Shown here: one piece after another, positions 39,161 through 48,568 of the stretch
Layout of the letters: the number at the start of each line of letters is the position of its first letter
How positions within the stretch are numbered: the stretch's first letter is position 1
Assembly (NCBI GenBank): GCA_016186115.1
Contig: JACPMK010000003.1
Location: forward strand, 90,470 to 154,469
Direction: 5' to 3'
DNA: 64,000 nt
From: Candidatus Wildermuthbacteria bacterium
GTDB lineage: Bacteria; Patescibacteriota; Minisyncoccia; Minisyncoccales; UBA10102
Made by a program: the position numbers and the translations under genes
The notes under the pieces: model-generated
Database searches by the model: none
Told to the model about the DNA's origin: nothing
The model's input: the letters and a program-made list of their open reading frames with translations, nothing else

Positions 39161-39676
39161 GTGAGTAATCTTCTCATGCCCAATTTCAAAGAAAGTTTTG
39201 AAGAACTTTACGATCGCTATCTCGAACGTATATTCCGATTTGTTTTTGTTAAAGTAAACAGCCGTGAGCTAGCCGAAGATCTCTGTTCAGAGATTTTTTC
39301 CCGTTTCTGGAAAAAATATCAGGAGATCGACATCGAAAACCCGCAGGCCTTTCTCTACCAGATTGCAAGAAATGTTGTCGCTGATTACTACCGCAGCAGG
39401 AAACCCCAGACAGTCAACCTCGAAGAGGTAATGAATGTTGTTGATATAAACTCTTCGAAGACAGAGGAAGAAATGCATAGAAGTTTAGAAATGGAGAAGG
39501 TATACAAGGCAATCAGGTTGCTTAATGAAGATTATCAAAACTTTATTATCTGGTATTACCTTGAAGAACTTTCCGTGCCAGAAATTGTGCAGATTGTTTC
39601 AAAAACAGAGAATAGCGTTCGAGTTGCTATCCATCGGTCTCTCCATGCCCTAAAGCAACAGTTAGAAAGGGTGTAA
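39161..39676 (+). CDS. ECF sigma-70 factor
   Basis: FEELYDRY, AEDLCSEIF, FLYQIARN, EIVQIVSKTENSVRVAIHR. Confidence 0.93.
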   Translation: MSNLLMPNFKESFEELYDRYLERIFRFVFVKVNSRELAEDLCSEIFSRFWKKYQEIDIENPQAFLYQIARNVVADYYRSRKPQTVNLEEVMNVVDINSSKTEEEMHRSLEMEKVYKAIRLLNEDYQNFIIWYYLEELSVPEIVQIVSKTENSVRVAIHRSLHALKQQLERV

Positions 39677-39709
39677 CAAAGCAGGCCAATTTGCCGACAT
39701 AAGTAGTGT

Positions 39710-40492
39710 ATGGAAGAGAAAGAACTGTTGCATACCATTTCTCTCCTTAAGACCAAAATTAAACCCAAAGAAGATTGGGCTTTTTTGCTTAAGAAACAGA
39801 TCCTGCGAGAAGAGCAAGCTAATACACTGGTGGGGATAGGACATAGAACAGAGGGAGGATTTTTTGTAAGGGTTGTGTCCATGGCTAGGACATTTAGGAT
39901 GTTACAGAATCCCGTGTTGGTAACTCCTGTCATTTTATTGCTGATGGTGGGAGGAGTTGGATACGCTGCGAGCAAAAGTTTGCCGGGCGATACACTCTAT
40001 TCGGTTCGGTCTTTTGTTGAGCGCAGTCGGCTTTCAGTAGTTCCAGAGGATCAGAAAACCATTTTGCATGTTGAGCTCGCTCAAAAGCGGCTGGAGGATC
40101 TTAAAAAGATTACCGAAGAAAACAAGGTAAAAAATCTTCACGCCACGATTCAGCAGCTGGAAGGCAATATTGCAAAGGCGTCACAGGAATTTACCGTACT
40201 TGTGGAAAAAGAGCCAAAAAAAGCTTTACAGGCCAGCAAGGGAATCGTAGAATTACAAAAAGAGAAAAATAAGGTGGAAAAAGTGCTCGGCACTACACTT
40301 GGAGGCAAAGAAGCCGAGGAATTGGAAATTGCGACCAAGACATTGGTGGAAAGGGAAGTAGCAGATTTGGAGACCCGATCGCTCACGCCAGAACAAGAGG
40401 CAATATTGAGCGAAATAAAAAAGGATGTTGAACAAAAAGAATATCAGAATGCGCTAGAGCAACTTTGGAAGATTTCAGGTACTGCTGAGTAA
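39710..40492 (+). CDS. Membrane-anchored DUF5667-like protein, candidate anti-sigma factor
   Basis: Follows ECF sigma; TM then SLPGDTLYSVR...AQKRLEDL. Confidence 0.7.
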   Translation: MEEKELLHTISLLKTKIKPKEDWAFLLKKQILREEQANTLVGIGHRTEGGFFVRVVSMARTFRMLQNPVLVTPVILLLMVGGVGYAASKSLPGDTLYSVRSFVERSRLSVVPEDQKTILHVELAQKRLEDLKKITEENKVKNLHATIQQLEGNIAKASQEFTVLVEKEPKKALQASKGIVELQKEKNKVEKVLGTTLGGKEAEELEIATKTLVEREVADLETRSLTPEQEAILSEIKKDVEQKEYQNALEQLWKISGTAE

Positions 40493-40608
40493 TACTATTT
40501 GACGGTTACCCCGCCTGTTTATTTTGTCGATAACGGGAGGGTTTTAAACCAAAAAGTCGAAAATCATTACAAAAGGTCATAACATAGTAATTCATTATTA
40601 ATTCTTAC

Positions 40609-43600
40609 ATGAGTAAATTCGCAAAGAAATTCTTTACGACTGCAATTATTTCCGTTGTGGCGGTAAGCGTTGCCGTTCCTGCTGGAGTAGCGAACGGAGC
40701 AACGGTAGATGAGCTTCAGGCGCAGATTAATGCGCTTTTAGCGCAGATCGCTCAATTGCAGACGCAGTTGTCAGGACAGACGACTGGCGGCACAACCGGT
40801 ACTCTTTCCGGAATTCCTGCCGGTTTCACCTTTACGACAAATCTTTCGCAGGGTGCCAGCGGAAATGACGCGAAATATCTCCAGATTGTGCTGAACTCTG
40901 ATTCTGCTACAATGGTCGCGAGTTCAGGAGCTGGTTCTTCGGGAAATGAAACTACATTCTTTGGTCCTAAAACCAAGACTGCAGTTGTAAAGTTCCAGGA
41001 GAAATATGCTTCTGAAGTTTTGGCTCCATGGGGAATGACACAGGGGAGCGGTTTTGTTGGATCTACCACCAGAGCAAAGTTGAATGCTTTGATTTCTGGC
41101 GGAGTGAGTCCATCACCTAGCCCGTCTGCTTCGCCATCTCCTTCAGCTTCTCCGACACCAACACCAACACCCGGAACAGGAAATACCCTTCAGGTATCTC
41201 TTGCTTCTGACACACCCGCAGCAGCAACAGTTGTAGCGGGTGGAAATGCCAACTTCACCAAATTCTGGCTAACAGCCGGAAGTTCAGAAGTTGCGATCTC
41301 CAGCTTGTATGTTACGAGATCTGGATTGACAGCAAATTCTGATCTCGAGAACGTCAAAATTCTCGATGAGAATGGAGTAAAGGTAGGATCGCTTGGCACG
41401 TTGAATACCAACAGTAAAGCGCAGATTACCTTCTCTCCGTCATTGAAGATTGCTGCGAATACCAGCAAAGCGTTCTATATCAGAGCAGGAGCAATCAGTG
41501 GCATTACTGCTGGGAAAACCGCAGTATTGGGCATTGATGCTGCCGCAGATGTCAATGCAGGAGGCGCTACGGTAAGTGGTTCTTTCCCAGTAAAGGGGAA
41601 CACCATGACCGCAGTATCTCTTACGATTGGTTCTGTTGAGGTTATGGAAGACGGCGCATTGACTGATTCCCAGCCCAATGTTGGGGATAAGGATGTTGTC
41701 GTGAACGCCTTCAAAGTGGTGGTGGGATCAACAGAAGGAGTAACTATTGAGCAGATTACCGTAGAGGAATCGGGTACTGCTTCGTTGACTGACACCCAGA
41801 ATATCGAGCTGTATGATGTGACCAAGGGAGTGTCATTGGGAACAACCCAGTGGACTGCTGACGGCAAAGCATCATGGGGCGGCTTGAATCTTTCTCTTAC
41901 TAAAGGAGAAACACGCCGCTTGAGAGTGCAACTCGATGTTATTGATGGCCCCAGCTTGACTGTGAATGCTGATCTTATGGATGGAAGCGATGTATTGATG
42001 TCTGTCAAGGGTAATACCTATGGCTTCTACATCACTCCTGATGGAAACGATGCTTCCGACTGGACGAACAGCAATGATGGTTTGGCAAACAGCAACCAGA
42101 CCGTTCAAACAGGAGCAGTAACAGTGTCTAAGTCCTCATCTACCCCTGCAACTGGAAATATTGCCCAAGCGAACAATCAATCGCTTGCCGCATTTGATTT
42201 CTTGGTTCAGGGCGAATCAGTCAAGATTACTTCGCTGAAGTTATCCTTTGACTTGGGAAGCATGGAGGAAACAGAGGTAACCAATGTCAAGATATATGAT
42301 AAGAACGGAACTCTGCTTGCAGGACCCCAGGATTTGAACACAACCAACGTAACTGGCGCAAACAGCACCACCTACGAAGGTTCTGTTACGTTCACTGATA
42401 CGATTATTCTTCCCGTGGGCACAAATACCTTATCCGTGAAAGCGGATATTGCAACCGCTACTTCGGGAGATGACACCATTAGGGTTGGTATTTCTGATGC
42501 CGATGCCACTGACATTACGGTAACCGGAATGACATCGAATAATACGATTGGCTCAACGCCAGCTAACACGGAAGTAAATGCCAACACTCAAACAGTGAAG
42601 GCAGCTGCTTTGGTAGCGCGAACTCTTACTACTCCTGCGGCTACGAACGTAGCAAAGGGAGTAAATGATTACGTATTTGCCATTGTTGCTCTGGATGCAA
42701 ATAACTCCGGCGAGGATGTATTGGTAACGTCATTAACCGTTACTGATACTCCGGCGGGAGGCGCAGACGCGAGCGACATTGACAATACCGAGATTTGGGC
42801 TGACTTGACCGCAGACAAGAGTTCCCGCGGAGATGTGTACGAGACCCTTGTGGGCAATCCTCTGCAGTTCGACGAAACAACCCTTAACACCGCAGATACA
42901 TTGGCTTACACATTGACCAAGACCATTCGCGTTCCGAAGGATAGTTACGTCAATGTGGCGGTAGTCGGAGATGTGGCGACAGGAGCTACTAACGGATCTC
43001 ATACAATGAAAATCAGCGCCGCAACTGGTACCGGAGCTGACACGGGAAATGCCATTACCGAAACGTTTTCTGGCAATGGTCAGGCAATGACCCTATCTAC
43101 CAGCGGTGCCTTAACAGTTGCGTTGGATGCCTCTTCTCCCGCATCAAAGCTGATGGTTGGAAGCGCGAGCAAGGAAACCTTGGCAGCATTCAAGCTTTCA
43201 GCCAATGCAGTGGAGAATCTGGATATCGACTCTGTGCAGTTAAAGGTGACCAATGGTGATATGGTGGCTACGTGGTATCTCTATGATGGTGATACCCTGT
43301 TGAGCTCGAGTTCTTCCGTAACAGCTTCTACGGAAACCGATCTCACGATCAATCTTGTTGACAATACGCTTGTGGTTCCTGCTGGAAGCAGCAAGCGACT
43401 CACCGTGAAAGGTGATTTGCAGCCAGCTACTACAAGCAGCCATGACAACGTGAGTATTCAGGTTGGCGTGGTGGATGCGAGTGACATTGTTTCAACCGGG
43501 AAATCATCCGGTGCTGCCGTAAACTCAACCGGCACAGGAACTGCTTCGGCACATGATCTCTATCGATCGTATCCGAAGTTTAGTGTCAATTCAGCATCGC

Positions 43601-44067
43601 CTGCCACCGGAAGCCATGTTACCTTGGGAGCCAAGCAATTGATCGCGATCTTCGATGTGACTTCTGTTGGCGGAAAAGATATCTCCTTCGAGAACGGTGA
43701 TTCCAACAGCTTTGTCTTGCAGATTACCTTAAACGGTGACGATACGGATACCGCCAATGAAACGATTACCATCGAAGATGGAGCCGGTAACATACTTGAT
43801 ACAGGCACTGTTACCAGCGCTTCGGCAACATCCGAGATTACAGTTGACTTCTCGACTAATAACCTTACAGTGTCTGGCACAGCAGGTGCCCAGATAAAGG
43901 TGTATGCTGATACCTCTGACTTGGAAGATCAGGGAAATACCATTCAGGCGTGGCTTGATCCTACCGCCGGTGATGTGAACTGGGGTATTGATGGATCGGG
44001 CAACTACACTGATGGCGATAAGATCTTCAAGGGAGGCATCTATGGCGGTTCTCTGGTAAAGCCGTAA
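40609..44067 (+). CDS. Large secreted S-layer-like protein with peptidoglycan-binding-like domain
   Basis: Signal peptide, TVDELQAQINALLAQI coiled coil, LQIVLN..FGPKTKTAVVKFQ..GFVGSTTRAKLN, PS/PT linker, T/S/G/D-rich beta repeats. Confidence 0.8.
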   Translation: MSKFAKKFFTTAIISVVAVSVAVPAGVANGATVDELQAQINALLAQIAQLQTQLSGQTTGGTTGTLSGIPAGFTFTTNLSQGASGNDAKYLQIVLNSDSATMVASSGAGSSGNETTFFGPKTKTAVVKFQEKYASEVLAPWGMTQGSGFVGSTTRAKLNALISGGVSPSPSPSASPSPSASPTPTPTPGTGNTLQVSLASDTPAAATVVAGGNANFTKFWLTAGSSEVAISSLYVTRSGLTANSDLENVKILDENGVKVGSLGTLNTNSKAQITFSPSLKIAANTSKAFYIRAGAISGITAGKTAVLGIDAAADVNAGGATVSGSFPVKGNTMTAVSLTIGSVEVMEDGALTDSQPNVGDKDVVVNAFKVVVGSTEGVTIEQITVEESGTASLTDTQNIELYDVTKGVSLGTTQWTADGKASWGGLNLSLTKGETRRLRVQLDVIDGPSLTVNADLMDGSDVLMSVKGNTYGFYITPDGNDASDWTNSNDGLANSNQTVQTGAVTVSKSSSTPATGNIAQANNQSLAAFDFLVQGESVKITSLKLSFDLGSMEETEVTNVKIYDKNGTLLAGPQDLNTTNVTGANSTTYEGSVTFTDTIILPVGTNTLSVKADIATATSGDDTIRVGISDADATDITVTGMTSNNTIGSTPANTEVNANTQTVKAAALVARTLTTPAATNVAKGVNDYVFAIVALDANNSGEDVLVTSLTVTDTPAGGADASDIDNTEIWADLTADKSSRGDVYETLVGNPLQFDETTLNTADTLAYTLTKTIRVPKDSYVNVAVVGDVATGATNGSHTMKISAATGTGADTGNAITETFSGNGQAMTLSTSGALTVALDASSPASKLMVGSASKETLAAFKLSANAVENLDIDSVQLKVTNGDMVATWYLYDGDTLLSSSSSVTASTETDLTINLVDNTLVVPAGSSKRLTVKGDLQPATTSSHDNVSIQVGVVDASDIVSTGKSSGAAVNSTGTGTASAHDLYRSYPKFSVNSASPATGSHVTLGAKQLIAIFDVTSVGGKDISFENGDSNSFVLQITLNGDDTDTANETITIEDGAGNILDTGTVTSASATSEITVDFSTNNLTVSGTAGAQIKVYADTSDLEDQGNTIQAWLDPTAGDVNWGIDGSGNYTDGDKIFKGGIYGGSLVKP

Positions 44068-44117
44068 CTTCTGAATTGAACTTCCGCCTCTCTATCCTTG
44101 TGAGAGAGTAGCGGATA

Positions 44118-44167
44118 AAAACAGAAACCCCCCTCTGCTGATTATGGCGGAGCGGGGTTTTCTGTTT
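44118..44167. terminator. Bidirectional intrinsic terminator after the S-layer-like gene
   Basis: AAACAGAAACCCC...GGGGTTTTCTGTTT with inner CTCTGCT/GGCGGAG stem. Confidence 0.75.
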
Positions 44168-44198
44168 GGCCGGGGTTTATGGTATACTCAAGTTAGAT

Positions 44199-45857
44199 AT
44201 GCTCAAGATTTTTATTTTTTTAAATTTGTTTTTTTTCTTATTGATCCCGAGCAAAAGTTTTGCTGCTGATGCAGAAATCGGGTCTGCGTACAGCGATACG
44301 GGATTTCAATTGGTGCAGCCCGGGCCGGTGTGGACGGATGAAAAAACCGCATACTTGTTTTTTAACAACAGCGGGCAATATCTCGCGTATCGCAAAACTA
44401 CTGATGGAGGATTAAGTTGGTCAACAGAGGTCCTTATTTCTTTTGGTTTGGTGCGGCAGGTTGGCATCTGGTTTGATCAATGGACCCCCGGGATTACGGG
44501 GAGCACGATTCATGTTGCCTATCTTGATACCAGATCCACAAGCAAAGGGATTAAATACCGCTCGTTGAATACAAAAAGCGATTCTTTGGGGCCAGAACGT
44601 TTTGTGTATCAAACTGTTGGCTTCGATACTGTTTCCTCGGACTTTGCGGGCGGGGTCATTAGTATTACAAGAGCTCGTGGAGGGAATATCTATATTGCAG
44701 GAGCTACGAATCGTTCGGGTGATTACGGATTTTGGCGAAGCATTGATGGCGGGACTATGTGGGGGCAAAGAGCAAATGTGTTTGACGGACAATTTTTTTC
44801 CGGCGTCTCGCCGGTGTGGTTGGAACCGGGCAATGAAGAAGACGATCAGGATATTTGGGGATTTACATGGAGCAGAGCAACAGGCCAAATTGCATTACAA
44901 GCGTACGATAACTCAAAGAACCTTTGGACTGAAACACCTCTTGCTTCTGATATGACCACAACCCCAGCTGTATATCAGATGGCGGCAGCTACGCGACATT
45001 CGGATAACCACGCGATAGTAGCGGCATGGTCTGATTTCAATACGTCAAGCGCAGACCTCAAGATTTGGGATGTTGGAGGGAAGGATGATATTGTTGCAAA
45101 AAGTAATGTGCTTTCGGATACAAAAAATGCCGCAGGCGTGTCGGTGTTTATCAATCAGCAAAACAATGATCTGTATATTGCATACCTTGTAGGAACTTCA
45201 TGGGGTTCTTTGGAAAGAGCATGGTATAAAAAATCAGACAACGGAGGAGAAGCATGGGGACCTGATATTGTATTGGGCGAACAAGAGCAGGATTTCAAGG
45301 GAATCTGGGCTGGTGCAGGAGTAGGCAAATACGGGGGCAAATTTATGCCCATTTGGTTCAACGATACTACAGATCTCTTTTTAACAAATATAAGTAATGC
45401 TGTTGCAATTTCATTGCCGTCCCCAATTCCAAGTCCCAGCCCAACGCCTTCTCCGACTCCAGAGCCCACGCCGATTCCGACGCCTGCGCCCACACCGACA
45501 CCATCCCCAGCAACTGCAGAGCAATTGCAGAAGCAAATCTCAGAGCTGCAAGCTCTTGTTGCTAAACTTCAAGATCAACTCCGGCTTCTTCAGCAATCTT
45601 CTCCGCAGGAATTTGCAAGGAGCATGTCTTTTGGGACGCGTGATGCCGAAGTAAGCCGTTTGCAGCAATTTCTTGCAACGTTGCCCGGCATATATTCCGA
45701 AGGGCTTGTGACTGGCTACTATGGTTTTCTTACGAAAAAAGCAGTTGAGAGATTTCAACTGCAATACAACATCGTATCTTCATCTGCAGATCTTGGCTAC
45801 GGTATGGTAGGGCCAAAGACAAGAGCAAAACTCAATGAGTTGTTGGGAGCTCTTTGA
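44199..45857 (+). CDS. Secreted BNR/Asp-box protein with C-terminal peptidoglycan-binding-like domain
   Basis: Signal peptide; TTDGGLSW, SIDGGTMW, SDNGGEAW Asp-boxes; PT linker; LQQFL..GYYGFLTKKAVERFQ. Confidence 0.8.
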   Translation: MLKIFIFLNLFFFLLIPSKSFAADAEIGSAYSDTGFQLVQPGPVWTDEKTAYLFFNNSGQYLAYRKTTDGGLSWSTEVLISFGLVRQVGIWFDQWTPGITGSTIHVAYLDTRSTSKGIKYRSLNTKSDSLGPERFVYQTVGFDTVSSDFAGGVISITRARGGNIYIAGATNRSGDYGFWRSIDGGTMWGQRANVFDGQFFSGVSPVWLEPGNEEDDQDIWGFTWSRATGQIALQAYDNSKNLWTETPLASDMTTTPAVYQMAAATRHSDNHAIVAAWSDFNTSSADLKIWDVGGKDDIVAKSNVLSDTKNAAGVSVFINQQNNDLYIAYLVGTSWGSLERAWYKKSDNGGEAWGPDIVLGEQEQDFKGIWAGAGVGKYGGKFMPIWFNDTTDLFLTNISNAVAISLPSPIPSPSPTPSPTPEPTPIPTPAPTPTPSPATAEQLQKQISELQALVAKLQDQLRLLQQSSPQEFARSMSFGTRDAEVSRLQQFLATLPGIYSEGLVTGYYGFLTKKAVERFQLQYNIVSSSADLGYGMVGPKTRAKLNELLGAL

Positions 45858-48192
45858 GGAATGTTTCTACTTCAGATTTGGTGGCGGGATTCAATTCCAG
45901 TACCATGAGCGCATGCTGACGGGCATCGTCAAATTTCCTTAATTCTTTAAAGACAATCGCGAGCGAGGCATGATATTGTGCATTCTTTGGATCTCGTTCG
46001 AGCATTTGCTGGTATGCGGTCATTAAGAGAGGGTAATTTTTGGTTGTAATATAGGCATTGGCAAGAGTTTGGAGCGAACCAAGAGAACGTATGGGGTATT
46101 CTTTTTGGTTAGCAATTTTGATATCGTTTTGCGCTTGTGGGAGATCGCCAAGATATATCTCTGCTAATCCTTTAAACCACCAGCATGCGCCCGTTTCCAG
46201 ATTGAGTTCAATGCACTGGCTCGCGCGTTCTTTCGCATCCGCATATTCTTGAGCAAGGATGTCAGTTTTCATCCATTCAATGAGCACTTTTTGACGTTTT
46301 GGACTTAATTCATGAGCTTTTCTGAATGCAGCGTCTGCCTCCTGAATAAGCGGTGCGATCTGTTCTTGCGGTAATGCATTGATTATTGCAGCTTCAATTA
46401 TCGTATTGGTAAGCCCCCCATAGAAAAGCCAGCTTCCCGTATGAACAGGGTGTGATTTTATTGCCTCTGCAAGAAGCCCTCTTGCTTTTTGGGTGAAAGG
46501 AATTTTTCGTTCCGGGATCTGATTCCCGCATTTCTTCAATATCTCTGCGAATTCCGTGTTGAAATACGCGGCAAGAAATGTTTGATCAAAATTTTGCGCG
46601 CGCTCCATTCGTAAAACAGCTTGTTCGCACTTCTTTGTTTCAACGTCATGTTGCGCAAGGTTGATTTGAGTCGTAAGTTGAATGGGCTGGACAGCTGTTT
46701 TCCATGTGAAGAAAGCGAGAAGAGCAAAAAGCAAGACGAAGAGGAGCGTTCGGGGGCTTTGGATAATTTTCCACGTCAGAAGGTATGATTGCGTCGACAA
46801 GGAAGTTGATTCCTTTGCTTTTCGTAAAAGAAAGAAAGCATAGGCGACGAGAAAGAAAAGAAGGAGATACGTGGAGAAGGTGTCAAAGCTGAATATATTG
46901 ACAACAAGATATGCGAGAAGAGTTGTCTGGGTTCCATGGATAAGGAGCGCATCCTGCGGAATAATTTTTTTGAGCGAGTAAAGTTTCCAAAACAAGAAAC
47001 CGAGCAATGCAAGGAAAGTAAGAAGCGCTGGAATTCCTGCGGCTACTCCAATATCCAAGAAAATATTATGCGCCCTATCCCACCAGTTTGTGGGAGAACT
47101 AAGATCTTTTGTTTCAAAGTTAGGCAATGCGGGATCGAAAAACTGATCAAACCCAACCGCAAAATTTTCAGGGCCATACCCCAGCAAAGGTCTTTCTTTG
47201 AGGGCTTGGAGTCCTATGAGCCAGGCAGAAGTTCGGGGATCATCAAAAAGGAGTTGCGCAGAAAATCTTGAGGCAAGTCCCTGGACCATAATCTGCAGGT
47301 TCGGGCGTTCTGAAAGAAATCTATTTTTGACAAAGATATCAGGATGAGTGTTGAAGTAATATATGGCAATGCTTCCTCCAATGAGTATCAGGGAAAGCAC
47401 GATTTTTGCGGCGCGTAAGGTGGAAGGGTTGAGAATGCGAGTTTGTCTTTGAGGAAGCGGTAAAAAGAGGAGGAAATAAAAAATGCCAACTGCGAATGCG
47501 ATGTACGCCGATCTGCTGCCAGAGAGCAAAATGATAATGCAAAAAAGGATGGAAGCAGAAAGGAAGAATATTTTTCGAGGTTTCGATTGGGAATGAAAAA
47601 AGAAAGCGAGGGCAAGAAAAATAAGAAGCACCATATAGGTTCCTAGGAAGATAGCGCCTCCTACTGTGGAGGGAGGACGGGTTTCAGCAAATATAAAAAT
47701 TTGGTTCAGAAGGCGAAATTGCTGGAATATTGCAACCAGAGATATGCCGATGCCAGCGCTTATCGCAATAGTCCATAGGGCTGGCCAGGAGCGATCTTTG
47801 ATTGCCAAAAAGGCGAGTATACAGAAAAGAAAGAAGAGAAAAAGCTGAAGAAATCCTCCTGCCCGTCCCGGATCGCCCCAAAAGCTGAAGGAAGGATCCA
47901 CGGAAAGGAGAGTAGAGAGGAAAAAGAGCAAAAAAAGAAGGGCGAAAAGAAAAAAAGCCCATTTGATCTGAATGATTCTATGGCAGATATAGGAAAAAAC
48001 ATGGGAGTCCCTGCGAACAGCTTCGAAGGCAAAGAGAGCGATGAGAAAACCAATAACGACCCGAAATACCATCGCTTGTCCCCATGCAGGCGGAGAAAAC
48101 CAAGGAGGCATGCTTAGCAGGGGGATAAAGAGGATAAGGGCTATGCCAGCAAGGAGTACCTTTTCTAAGAGAAAAATTCTTTGCTCTGCCAT
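45832..48192 (-). CDS. O-antigen ligase/O-oligosaccharyltransferase family protein with C-terminal TPRs
   Basis: More than 10 TMs, SGSRSA, ERPLLGYGPENF, DRAHNIFLD, TPR-like C-terminus. Confidence 0.85.
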   Translation of the reverse strand: MAEQRIFLLEKVLLAGIALILFIPLLSMPPWFSPPAWGQAMVFRVVIGFLIALFAFEAVRRDSHVFSYICHRIIQIKWAFFLFALLFLLFFLSTLLSVDPSFSFWGDPGRAGGFLQLFLFFLFCILAFLAIKDRSWPALWTIAISAGIGISLVAIFQQFRLLNQIFIFAETRPPSTVGGAIFLGTYMVLLIFLALAFFFHSQSKPRKIFFLSASILFCIIILLSGSRSAYIAFAVGIFYFLLFLPLPQRQTRILNPSTLRAAKIVLSLILIGGSIAIYYFNTHPDIFVKNRFLSERPNLQIMVQGLASRFSAQLLFDDPRTSAWLIGLQALKERPLLGYGPENFAVGFDQFFDPALPNFETKDLSSPTNWWDRAHNIFLDIGVAAGIPALLTFLALLGFLFWKLYSLKKIIPQDALLIHGTQTTLLAYLVVNIFSFDTFSTYLLLFFLVAYAFFLLRKAKESTSLSTQSYLLTWKIIQSPRTLLFVLLFALLAFFTWKTAVQPIQLTTQINLAQHDVETKKCEQAVLRMERAQNFDQTFLAAYFNTEFAEILKKCGNQIPERKIPFTQKARGLLAEAIKSHPVHTGSWLFYGGLTNTIIEAAIINALPQEQIAPLIQEADAAFRKAHELSPKRQKVLIEWMKTDILAQEYADAKERASQCIELNLETGACWWFKGLAEIYLGDLPQAQNDIKIANQKEYPIRSLGSLQTLANAYITTKNYPLLMTAYQQMLERDPKNAQYHASLAIVFKELRKFDDARQHALMVLELNPATKSEVETFLKELPTTH

Positions 48193-48297
48193 ATTGTTCT
48201 ATGGTATCACAGAGCTGGTTTTGGAGCTAGTTTTCTCTTTGAGTCAGATGACACCCATTGACACCATTTTGCAGAAAGGATATGAGTAGAGTAAGGT

Positions 48298-48546
48298 ATG
48301 GCAGATCCAATCAAACAAGATCAATTGTACACCACGCAGGAGACAAGAGAATTTCTGCGGATAAGCGAAAGAACGCTCAAACGTTTTTTAAAAAGCGGAA
48401 TGATTCGGGCCCACAAAGTTGGCGGGCAGTATCGAATATGGGGAAAAGAGATTCTCAAGCTCGTTTCTCCGGGGGTAGAAGAAGAGGTCGCAAAGATATA
48501 TCATCGTTTAAAAGAAAAGACAAAAGAAAAAATCCGCAATTGGTAG
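48298..48546 (+). CDS. Excisionase-like (HTH_17) DNA-binding protein
   Basis: LYTTQETREFLRISERTLKRFLKSGMIRAHKVGGQYRI. Confidence 0.88.
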   Translation: MADPIKQDQLYTTQETREFLRISERTLKRFLKSGMIRAHKVGGQYRIWGKEILKLVSPGVEEEVAKIYHRLKEKTKEKIRNW

Positions 48547-48568
48547 CGGATAAAATGGCAATAGTTTT

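Noticed and set aside
48298..48546. Prophage or ICE
   Set aside because: No integrase, att sites, phage or conjugation genes in the window
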